Positions 18,662 to 25,457 of a stretch of DNA of 32,000 nucleotides are shown piece by piece (positions within the stretch are counted from its first letter, which is position 1; each line of letters opens with the position of its first letter). This DNA comes from Candidatus Methanoperedens sp. (GTDB lineage: Archaea; Halobacteriota; Methanosarcinia; Methanosarcinales; Methanoperedenaceae), in NCBI GenBank assembly GCA_041494705.1, contig JBGQBI010000005.1, positions 1-32,000 on the forward strand, given 5' to 3'. The notes under the pieces were generated by a model that did not search any database, was not told where the DNA came from, and worked only from the letters and a program-made list of their open reading frames with translations. The position numbers and the translations under genes are program-made.

Positions 18662-18768
18662 AAATGGAGGACTGTATATTGGGAAAAAGGGAGACGGATA
18701 GGATAATTACTTTCACTCCGCTTTCATTAGTGATTTATAAAGATAAAAATACAGATAAGGAGGGCTAA
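18658..18768 (+). CDS. Possible 36-aa bridging micro-ORF
   Basis: Its ATG overlaps the wHTH stop (ATGA at 18658-18661). Its TAA at 18766-18768 ends 1 nt before the methylase ATG at 18770. Translation is MKMEDCILGKRETDRIITFTPLSLVIYKDKNTDKEG. The only support is this exact fit between neighbours. Confidence 0.25.
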   Translation: MKMEDCILGKRETDRIITFTPLSLVIYKDKNTDKEG

Positions 18769-18769
18769 A

Positions 18770-20575
18770 ATGAATGAGCGAATCACAGAGGATATTGTTC
18801 GTAACCATTTCAAGAGCGATGGGTGTTATGACAGAATACTTCTTGAAGAACAAAAGTCCAGCATCCCCCGTGTGGATAAGTTGTTAAAAAGTGCATCAAA
18901 GTCTGGAATGGGTGGAGGCAAACCTGAGTTTTTAATCACATTCAGAAATGAAATAATGGATTTTATAATCGTTGTAGAATGTAAGGCAAGTAGAACAAAA
19001 CACGAGAGCAAAACACGAGATAATTACGGAGAATATGCCGTGGACGGCGCAGTGTTGTATTCGTCGTTCCTTTCGCAAGAATATGATGTGCTTTCAATTG
19101 CTGTAAGCGGGGAAACAAAAAATAATTTAAAAGTATCACATTTCCTACAACTGAAAGGGGAAACTGAGGCGAAACCCATATTCGGTGACGAGTTGCTGTC
19201 CGTTAAAAACTATCTGAATGGTTACGTCACCAGCGAGCGTAAATGTATTCAACAGTATCAAGAACTTTTGAAATATTCTAAACCTTTAAACGACTATCTC
19301 CACTCCATAAAAGTAAAAGAATCGCAGCGGAGCCTTCTTATTAGCGGTATATTAATTGCGTTAGAAGATGAATCGTTTGAGATAAGTTATAAAAAAATAA
19401 AAGATACCCAGCAATTAGCGAATCGGTTGGTCACTACCATAAAAGAACAACTTGGAAATACCTTAAAGCAGGAAAAAGCTGAGAATCTGGCTGTAGCATA
19501 CAGTTTTATCAAAACACATACAGATATGTCGCAGAAAGAGGGGATATTGAGAGGTTTAATTGATAATGTAAACAATAAAATTAAGCCCTTTATTAAGACC
19601 TATCCTGGTCATGATGTTTTAGGTCAGTTTTACATTGAGTTTTTGAAATATGCTAATAACGATAAGGGTTTGGGAATCGTCCTGACGCCACCCCATATAA
19701 CAGAGCTTTTTTCAGATATAGCCATGGTAAACAAGAACAGTATCTTACTCGATAATTGTGCTGGTACTGCTGGTTTTTTGATAAGCGGAATGAAAAAAAT
19801 GATGGCGGATGCAAAAGGAGATGAGGAAAAAATAAAAGACATAAAGAAAAACCAGCTTATAGGAATCGAGTATCAGGACGATATTTTTGCATTAGCTTGT
19901 TCGAATATGTATATTCATGGGGATGGTAGGAGCAACATCGAGCATGGAAGTTGCTTCGATGAAGATATAATAAAGAGGGTCAAGACCAAGCACCCCAATA
20001 TCGGGTTTTTGAATCCGCCATATAAAACCGAAAAAACCGACCCTTATGAATTATCGTTCATATTAAACAATCTTGCCATGCTTGAAAAAGGCGGTACTTG
20101 TGTGGCTATAGTTCCGATGAGTTGTGTCATGGCACAGTCAGGGGAGGAACTCGATTTAAAGAAACAACTCTTAGAACATCATACATTAGAGGCAGTTTTC
20201 TCAATGCCTGATGAATTATTTATTAATTCAAACGTAGGTACAGTCACTTGTGTTGTGGTCGTAAAAGCGCATCAGCCTCATCCGACCAACTTTGAAACCT
20301 ATTTTGGATACTGCAAAGACGATGGTTTTATTAAACGGAAGCCAATGGGGAGAGGCGATTATCTCAATAAATGGGACGGTATTAAGAAAGAGTGGGTATA
20401 TAATTTTAGAAACCGCAAAGAGATTGCAGGGCATAGCGTCAAAAGATGCGTGACTGCCGAAGATGAGTGGTGTGCTGAGGCTTATATGGAGACCGACTAC
20501 TCAAACATAACCGAGGAGGATTTTGTTAAAACGGTCAAGGAATTTGTGATATTCCAAGAGATGAATTTGAAATGA
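18770..20575 (+). CDS. Fused PD-(D/E)XK endonuclease plus gamma-class N6-adenine DNA methyltransferase (BcgI-A-like type IIB/IIG restriction-modification subunit)
   Basis: The N-terminal nuclease motif is PE(53)F...D(64)FIIVVE(70)CK(72). The AdoMet motif is LLDNCAGTAGFL. The catalytic motif IV is NPPY (GFLNPPYKTE). GQFYIEFL...VLTPPHI resembles the HsdM/N6_Mtase block. There is no helicase or translocase domain. Confidence 0.7.
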   Translation: MNERITEDIVRNHFKSDGCYDRILLEEQKSSIPRVDKLLKSASKSGMGGGKPEFLITFRNEIMDFIIVVECKASRTKHESKTRDNYGEYAVDGAVLYSSFLSQEYDVLSIAVSGETKNNLKVSHFLQLKGETEAKPIFGDELLSVKNYLNGYVTSERKCIQQYQELLKYSKPLNDYLHSIKVKESQRSLLISGILIALEDESFEISYKKIKDTQQLANRLVTTIKEQLGNTLKQEKAENLAVAYSFIKTHTDMSQKEGILRGLIDNVNNKIKPFIKTYPGHDVLGQFYIEFLKYANNDKGLGIVLTPPHITELFSDIAMVNKNSILLDNCAGTAGFLISGMKKMMADAKGDEEKIKDIKKNQLIGIEYQDDIFALACSNMYIHGDGRSNIEHGSCFDEDIIKRVKTKHPNIGFLNPPYKTEKTDPYELSFILNNLAMLEKGGTCVAIVPMSCVMAQSGEELDLKKQLLEHHTLEAVFSMPDELFINSNVGTVTCVVVVKAHQPHPTNFETYFGYCKDDGFIKRKPMGRGDYLNKWDGIKKEWVYNFRNRKEIAGHSVKRCVTAEDEWCAEAYMETDYSNITEEDFVKTVKEFVIFQEMNLK

Positions 20576-21537
20576 CCACTCTAAAAAAAGTCTCCGAGTT
20601 ATTCACTATTAAATATGGTGTGAGTTTAGCATTAAGTGATTTGGAAGAATGCAAAAAATCAGACAAAGACTCTATAAACTTCGTTTCGAGAACTGATAAA
20701 AATAATGGTATTTCTGCTTTTGTAAAAAAAATAAAAGGCATTACTCCCAATGAAGCTAATACGATTTCTGTTGCAGTAAGTGGCTCTGTTCTTGCTTCGT
20801 TTTATCAACCAGAGCCATACTACAGTGGCTTTCATTTGTACGTATTAACTCCAATTCAGAAAATGACATCAGTTGAGATGATTTATTATTCTATATGTAT
20901 AAGAAGTAACCGATACCGTTATAATTTTGGGAGACAAGCCAATAAAACCCTGAAAGATATACTCATTCCATCAGAGATGCCAAAGGAGTTTTCAAACATT
21001 TCAATGGATAAAATTACATCAGTTACAAACAAAAAACTAATTAATAATAAAACTTTTAATTTAAATATTTCTCAATGGAAACCTTTTAGATATGATGAAT
21101 TATTTAAAATCGAAAGGGGACGTGGAGGGAGGAAAAAGGATTTGAAAAAAAATGGAAAAATCCCATTTGTAACATCAATTGATAAAAATAACGGTTGGTT
21201 GGGGATGATAGATTCACTTCCTTACCATAAAGGAAATGTAATTAGTGTAAATCGCAACGGGAGCGTTGGAGAAGCATATTATCAACACATTCCTTTTTGT
21301 TCAACTGAAGATGTTCATATTTTTAACCCAAAATTTGAATTAAATCAATACATTGCAATGTTTCTAATATCACTGATAAAAAAAGAAAAATATCGTTATA
21401 ATTATGGGAGAAAATGGGGAATGGAAAGAATGAATAAAACAATTATAAGATTGCCAGCGGACAAGAATGGAAAACCTGATTGGCAATTCATGGAAAATTA
21501 CATTAAATCATTACCTTATAGTTCTTCCATGACATAA
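20572..21537 (+). CDS. Specificity (HsdS/BcgI-B-like) subunit with two internally duplicated target-recognition halves
   Basis: The ATG overlaps the methylase stop (ATGA). The two halves share blocks: LFTIKYG/LFKIERG, FVSRTDKNNGISAFV/FVTSIDKNNGWLGMI, ISVAVSGSV/ISVNRNGSV and YRYNFGRQANKTL..ILIP/YRYNYGRKWGMERMNKTIIRLP. Confidence 0.65.
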   Translation: MTTLKKVSELFTIKYGVSLALSDLEECKKSDKDSINFVSRTDKNNGISAFVKKIKGITPNEANTISVAVSGSVLASFYQPEPYYSGFHLYVLTPIQKMTSVEMIYYSICIRSNRYRYNFGRQANKTLKDILIPSEMPKEFSNISMDKITSVTNKKLINNKTFNLNISQWKPFRYDELFKIERGRGGRKKDLKKNGKIPFVTSIDKNNGWLGMIDSLPYHKGNVISVNRNGSVGEAYYQHIPFCSTEDVHIFNPKFELNQYIAMFLISLIKKEKYRYNYGRKWGMERMNKTIIRLPADKNGKPDWQFMENYIKSLPYSSSMT

Positions 21538-21550
21538 TTTCCTCAAACTG

Positions 21551-21631
21551 ACTTTAGGTGCAACTTCACTACTTTAGGTGCAAGTGTGACTTTGGGTGCA
21601 AAGCTTCCATGATTAGCTTTGCACCTAAAGT
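21551..21631. repeat. Right repeat node: three phased 13-mers, right TIR, 9-bp duplication and the next left TIR
   Basis: ACTTTAGGTGCAA starts at 21551 and 21571, and ACTTTGGGTGCAA at 21589, giving spacings of 20 and 18 bp. The right TIR is 21589-21605, TCCATGATT is 21606-21614, and AGCTTTGCACCTAAAGT is 21615-21631. Positions 21589-21631 can fold as a 17-bp stem (one G-T pair) with a 9-nt loop. Confidence 0.9.
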
Positions 21632-21730
21632 CGGAAAAGGTGGCATATTCAAACCGAGATAACTTTGGCGCTTGACCGATATACGCTTGCCTGAGCAGGT
21701 TAGGTTTTATTATAAAATTAATGAACTATT

Positions 21731-22198
21731 CTATTCCCCCGAATTAATAAAATCGTAACCGATTAACGAAATGACAAGCACAAAAGTTACGGGTACAAAA
21801 TACATTCCAACAGTAAAACCCGACAAAAATTCTACAATTATCTGAGTAATTAAGAGAGTAATTGCTATAACCCCTGAATGTTTCTTAAATGATAATAATC
21901 CCCCAATGACCAGCCAAAAAATTGAACCATTAGCAAGTAATAGTAGGACTATTTGTTCAAGATGCAGCGGTTCTTCTACTATTATTGCCCCTTGTTCCAT
22001 AAGAGCACGCAGTTCTACATAGTGCTCAATTTGCCCAATAACAAATAATACTCCCAGAATGAGGCTGTATAATCCTATCAACCTAAACAGAAAAACTTTT
22101 GTGTTCATATTCCACCAGATATAATCGTCATTTTCATCTTTGTCGCCATTTCGATACATTAACTGTCCCGATTGGCTGACAAGGAACATATTGTCCAT
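21731..22198 (-). CDS. Hypothetical 4-TM membrane protein
   Basis: The 155-aa ORF has four long hydrophobic segments. The start is uncertain (alternatives at 22159 and 22108), because the track start overlaps the upstream ORF by 65 nt. Confidence 0.5.
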   Translation of the reverse strand: MDNMFLVSQSGQLMYRNGDKDENDDYIWWNMNTKVFLFRLIGLYSLILGVLFVIGQIEHYVELRALMEQGAIIVEEPLHLEQIVLLLLANGSIFWLVIGGLLSFKKHSGVIAITLLITQIIVEFLSGFTVGMYFVPVTFVLVISLIGYDFINSGE

Positions 22199-22577
22199 TT
22201 ACCCCACAAGAATTATCTGTATTGTATGTTACATATCCTATGACTTCGATATGCTGACCTTGATTTGGTGCTCTGGTCAAGCATTCCTCCTGAAGCGCAA
22301 GCGAGCCTTCACAAATCTGTTGACTGCCATCTGGTAATCTTGTACTTATTAGGAGGTGGTAAGTGTTTCCATCTTCTGCATCTAACCAATACTGCGGATT
22401 ACACGTTGTATTAAGAGGGCATGGAATAGTGATGTCTTCAATTGTACCGTTCATATCAAAGTTTGGCTTTTCAGTTAGGCTGCTTTGTTGAGAGTACCAA
22501 TAAAGGGAGAGAATTATCACAATTCCTACAAATACAACTTTTATGCCTTTTTTCATAACTATTCCTGTTCCTCCCAT
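22134..22577 (-). CDS. Hypothetical signal-anchored, cysteine-rich extracytoplasmic protein
   Basis: An N-terminal hydrophobic anchor (KKGIKVVFVGIVIILSLYWY) is followed by a ~110-aa domain with 7 Cys (CPLNTTC, QQICEG, EECL, NSCG, VPC). An alternative start is ATG 22556. Confidence 0.5.
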   Translation of the reverse strand: MGGTGIVMKKGIKVVFVGIVIILSLYWYSQQSSLTEKPNFDMNGTIEDITIPCPLNTTCNPQYWLDAEDGNTYHLLISTRLPDGSQQICEGSLALQEECLTRAPNQGQHIEVIGYVTYNTDNSCGVNGQYVPCQPIGTVNVSKWRQR

Positions 22578-22638
22578 TTTATTTTGATTTTGGGTGGTTC
22601 TTTATTGTTTGATTCACTCATTTCATGCTCCATTAATG

Positions 22639-22699
22639 CGGCTTTGCACCTAAAGTATATCGTCTGCATCGCTCAAAAACGGTACTTTGGGTGCAAAGC
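22639..22699. repeat. 61-bp 'empty' TIR pair (mini-element or hairpin)
   Basis: GGCTTTGCACCTAAAGT (22639-22655) and ACTTTGGGTGCAAAGCT (22683-22699) are separated by a 27-bp spacer. The arms match the left and right TIRs of the 16.1-21.6 kb element. Confidence 0.85.
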
Positions 22700-22732
22700 T
22701 CCCAGAATTTTCTTTGAATGGCAATTCACAGT

Positions 22733-23485
22733 CTATTCAATTATATATGTGACCTGCACAGAAAGCGACACCTGAGATTCTCCCGGCTGGATTGGTGCAG
22801 CTTTCTCAGTAATACCCAGAGCCACAGGTTGCGGAATTCCCCCTTCGCTGATAGAAGTTGAGCTTACGCCTGTTATCTTTACCCCCAGGTTCTCTGCAAG
22901 CTTATCCGCTTTTCCTCTTGCATCCTTTACAGCCCCTGCAAGAAGGTCATCGTGTATTTGTTTCTGTTTTTCTTCGGATACCATGAAGGATATGCCGCCT
23001 ACTTGGTTAGCTCCGGCAGCTACGGACTTGTCCAGGATGTCGCTTAAATTGCCAACCATCCGGGTGGTTACAACTACGTTGTTGGAAGCGGAATAACCCG
23101 TAATTGTCGGCGCGCCCCCGTCCTTGGGATAGCTGTAAACCGGCTGGATGGAGAAAACGGTAGTCCGGATTTCCTTGTCTGTGAGCCCCTGGTTTTTAAG
23201 CGCGCTAATAACGGCATTCATAGAGACAGCGTTCTTATCCGATGTTTCCCTGGCAGAAGACGCCTGCGTTAATACGCCAAGACTTATGGAGACGGTATCC
23301 GGTACAACAAATGCTGATGCCGACCCGGAAACGTAAAGCAGCTTTTGCCCCGGCGTGGTGACATTGAATAATTTTACTCCAGCCGTGCCGGCAACGCTGT
23401 ATAACCCGGCGGCTATTACAACAATAGCTATCGAAAGGATAACTATTATCACGTACAATTTATTATCCGAAGTTTCTTGCGGCAT
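22733..23485 (-). CDS. SIMPL / DUF541 family protein (membrane-anchored)
   Basis: An N-terminal TM anchor is followed by a typical DUF541 layout (GSASAFVVPDTVSISLGV, TTVFSIQPVY, GYSASNNVVVT, AVKDARGKADKLAENLG, ISLSVQVTY). Its GC is core-like, unlike both flanking segments. Confidence 0.8.
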   Translation of the reverse strand: MPQETSDNKLYVIIVILSIAIVVIAAGLYSVAGTAGVKLFNVTTPGQKLLYVSGSASAFVVPDTVSISLGVLTQASSARETSDKNAVSMNAVISALKNQGLTDKEIRTTVFSIQPVYSYPKDGGAPTITGYSASNNVVVTTRMVGNLSDILDKSVAAGANQVGGISFMVSEEKQKQIHDDLLAGAVKDARGKADKLAENLGVKITGVSSTSISEGGIPQPVALGITEKAAPIQPGESQVSLSVQVTYIIE

Positions 23486-23600
23486 AAAACCCCTAGTTTA
23501 TAAAATGACTTTTTCAGGTATATATTTTCTGTATAACGCCTATTGGATTTTCTACAGCCATGCTGGTAAACCGCAGACTTTTCAGAACCTTCAAGCGAGA

Positions 23601-23625
23601 CGTTTCAATTCGTGTTGGTAGTTAT
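23601..23625. repeat. Left arm of the 25-bp inverted repeat bounding the AT-rich nuclease cassette
   Basis: The arm is CGTTTCAATTCGTGTTGGTAGTTAT. Positions 23607-23625 are a perfect reverse complement of 24843-24861 (19 bp). Over 25 bp, 23 positions match. Confidence 0.9.
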
Positions 23626-23712
23626 ATAACATTTATTTTTGATTCATTTCAATTTATCAATACAAATTGAAACTGATTTTATCATCAGTTAAATCACCAC
23701 CTTTACTTTTAT

Positions 23713-24780
23713 TTAATCTTCTGCTAAAAGCTTAGAAATTTGTCTATTGGATGACAACGGATATAACTCGAGTTCGATGCAGAATTCTTCAATAAGATTT
23801 GCTATTTCTTCATGATTATTTTCGTACATTATCATGTTCTCTTCTATATATGTTATTGGCTCCCCATGAATGTATTTTACATCAAGATTTTTCTGTTTAC
23901 ATAATTTTATAAACTTAGCCTCTAATGGTTTCCATTCATCATTACTTACATCATTTGTTAATACTACACAAAGAGGTTTATTGTATTTTTTCCAGAAATC
24001 AAACCAAATACCAAAAAATAATATCCATCGCTCATTTGAGTTCCTTATGTAGAATCCATATTCGTGATGCGAATCCTTATAATAACGTCCAGTTGTATCT
24101 TCTTGTTTTATGTTGTAACCTCTCTCGTATAATTCTTCTTTGACATGATACATAATGTCCATCGGTTTGATAATTATTTCTGCAATTTCTTTGTTAAACA
24201 AATTTTTTATATCATTATAATTGATATTAGTTGTTTCTATAATGCCAAAAAAATTATTAAGGAATTTATAATACTCATTAAACAATGTGCTTGTGTCAAC
24301 TAATTCTTCTTTGTTAAAGGATTCAATCAATTGATTCCAATAAATGGTCGGCGTAAATATATCAATTCCCGAACGTTTTTTAAAACTTGATACTTGACTG
24401 TTGTAATCATTTTCATAGATATAATCCTTAGGTGCCATCAAGACCAAACCCCTAAATGGTTTCTTACTTTCTTTGGCAAGATATTCAAGATATCCAAGTG
24501 GTTGATTGTTAGTTAAGGTGGTATTTTTTATTTTGATTTCAAAGATTATTTCGACTTCATCATTTTTTATAACTAAATCGAAATTCCCATATTCGCCATT
24601 ATTATCATTAATTTTAAGATGTTCATATTTAACTCTTGACTTATGGAATCCACTGGTTTTTAGCAAGTTCAATAACAATTTTCTTAAAATTTTAAATCTT
24701 AAAAAATTATGAAGTAATTTCGTGAATGCTTTTTCATCATCTCCAACCATATCCGAGAAGACGTTATCTGAATTTACCAT
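23713..24780 (-). CDS. PD-(D/E)XK nuclease superfamily protein with an unrecognised C-terminal half
   Basis: The N-terminal half has the layout common in PD-(D/E)XK families. It reads NVFSDMVGDDEKAFTKLLHNFL, then GNFDLVIKNDEVEIIFEIKIK (D...E-x-K), then NQPLGYLEYL. The gene is very AT-rich, clearly the lowest GC in the window by eye. Confidence 0.55.
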   Translation of the reverse strand: MVNSDNVFSDMVGDDEKAFTKLLHNFLRFKILRKLLLNLLKTSGFHKSRVKYEHLKINDNNGEYGNFDLVIKNDEVEIIFEIKIKNTTLTNNQPLGYLEYLAKESKKPFRGLVLMAPKDYIYENDYNSQVSSFKKRSGIDIFTPTIYWNQLIESFNKEELVDTSTLFNEYYKFLNNFFGIIETTNINYNDIKNLFNKEIAEIIIKPMDIMYHVKEELYERGYNIKQEDTTGRYYKDSHHEYGFYIRNSNERWILFFGIWFDFWKKYNKPLCVVLTNDVSNDEWKPLEAKFIKLCKQKNLDVKYIHGEPITYIEENMIMYENNHEEIANLIEEFCIELELYPLSSNRQISKLLAED

Positions 24781-24842
24781 ATAGACGATTGAGTCTGCAT
24801 TGAATATAAATATATTTTACTATTTAGGTGTTGCACATTAAC

Positions 24843-24867
24843 ATAACTACCAACACGAATTATAACG
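24843..24867. repeat. Right arm of the 25-bp inverted repeat bounding the AT-rich nuclease cassette
   Basis: The arm is ATAACTACCAACACGAATTATAACG. See 23601-23625. Confidence 0.9.
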
Positions 24868-24944
24868 GTCTCCTTCAAGCATAATCTTTATATTTGATAA
24901 CGGTTATGTATAATTTTGTCAAAACTTAGAATATGGAGGTTTAC

Positions 24945-25373
24945 ATGACAACAAGCCTGAATTTCTTTAAACAATATCACAGCACAGTGATAAAAGCTCT
25001 GGGTGAGGATGCCAAGAAGGTAAATGCCAAGGTCGGCTCGATTCTGGCCGACAACTGGGCTGACAAAGCCGGGGAAATCAATAGCAATGCCGAGTTCGCC
25101 GAAAGTTTTGAGAATTACCTGAAAAACCAGCTTGAATTTGCAAAGCAGGTGAAAGTCAAATGTGACGACAAGAATTATTCACTTGAAATCAAAGGATGCG
25201 CAATCTGCCACGGCAATGAGATATTGAGGAAAGAAGGGGTGGCAACTGCCTGTCCTATCGTACAGGCTGCAAAGTACGCTGCGGTCAAGAAAATCGGGAG
25301 AAATGTGATAACAAAAGGTGTGGAAAAGCCTGGCGTTGTTGGTGAATGCACCATCAAGTTTGAGCTTGAGTAA
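24945..25373 (+). CDS. Hypothetical Cys-motif protein, possibly V4R (4-vinyl reductase)-like ligand-binding domain
   Basis: The C-terminal LEIKGCAICHGNEILRKEGVATACPIVQAA...GVVGECTIKFEL resembles the V4R pattern C-x2-C...C...G-x-C. I prefer ATG 24945, with GGAGGT 4 nt upstream, to the track ATG at 24933. Confidence 0.45.
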   Translation: MTTSLNFFKQYHSTVIKALGEDAKKVNAKVGSILADNWADKAGEINSNAEFAESFENYLKNQLEFAKQVKVKCDDKNYSLEIKGCAICHGNEILRKEGVATACPIVQAAKYAAVKKIGRNVITKGVEKPGVVGECTIKFELE

Positions 25374-25457
25374 TAAATCACCGCAAAGGCGCAAAGTTCG
25401 CAAAGCACATCAGATAATCTTCGCACTCTCCGCTGTGAGATTCATAGTGAAAAATAA

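Larger units (their letters stand above)
16143..21605. mobile_element. Candidate 5,463-bp cargo (passenger-carrying) transposon of the IS4/IS5 DDE superfamily
   Basis: The ends are AGCTTTGCACCTAAAGT (16143-16159) and ACTTTGGGTGCAAAGCT (21589-21605), which are inverted repeats matching at 16 of 17 positions. Identical TCCATGATT copies flank it at 16134-16142 and 21606-21614. A SWIM-DDE transposase lies inside. The interior is visibly AT-richer than the flanks. Confidence 0.55.
21615..22699. mobile_element. Possible transposase-less (non-autonomous) element of the same TIR family
   Basis: It starts with AGCTTTGCACCTAAAGT (21615-21631) and ends with ACTTTGGGTGCAAAGCT (22683-22699, identical to 21589-21605). 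It contains two AT-rich minus-strand ORFs and no transposase. The flanks TCCATGATT and CCCAGAATT match at only 6 of 9 positions. Confidence 0.3.

Noticed and set aside
16134-22699. I asked whether the short repeats (12-17 bp) at 16.1, 21.6 and 22.7 kb could be a degenerate CRISPR array.
   Set aside because: - The repeats are too short and occur in both orientations.
- Spacings are irregular: 8-27 bp within nodes and kilobases between them.
- No cas genes are present.

TIR, iteron or hairpin explanations fit better.
21606-22708. I looked for a target-site duplication for the second TIR-bounded segment (TCCATGATT versus CCCAGAATT).
   Set aside because: Only 6 of 9 positions match. That could reflect target preference or decay, but it does not demonstrate a duplication. 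The segment is therefore reported only as a low-confidence mobile element.
24819-24836. ACTATTTAGGTGTTGCA, just inside the right arm of the nuclease cassette, resembles the ACTTTAGGTGCA 12-mer.
   Set aside because: It needs two insertions to align. Only TTTAGGTG is shared, which is too weak to link the two repeat families.
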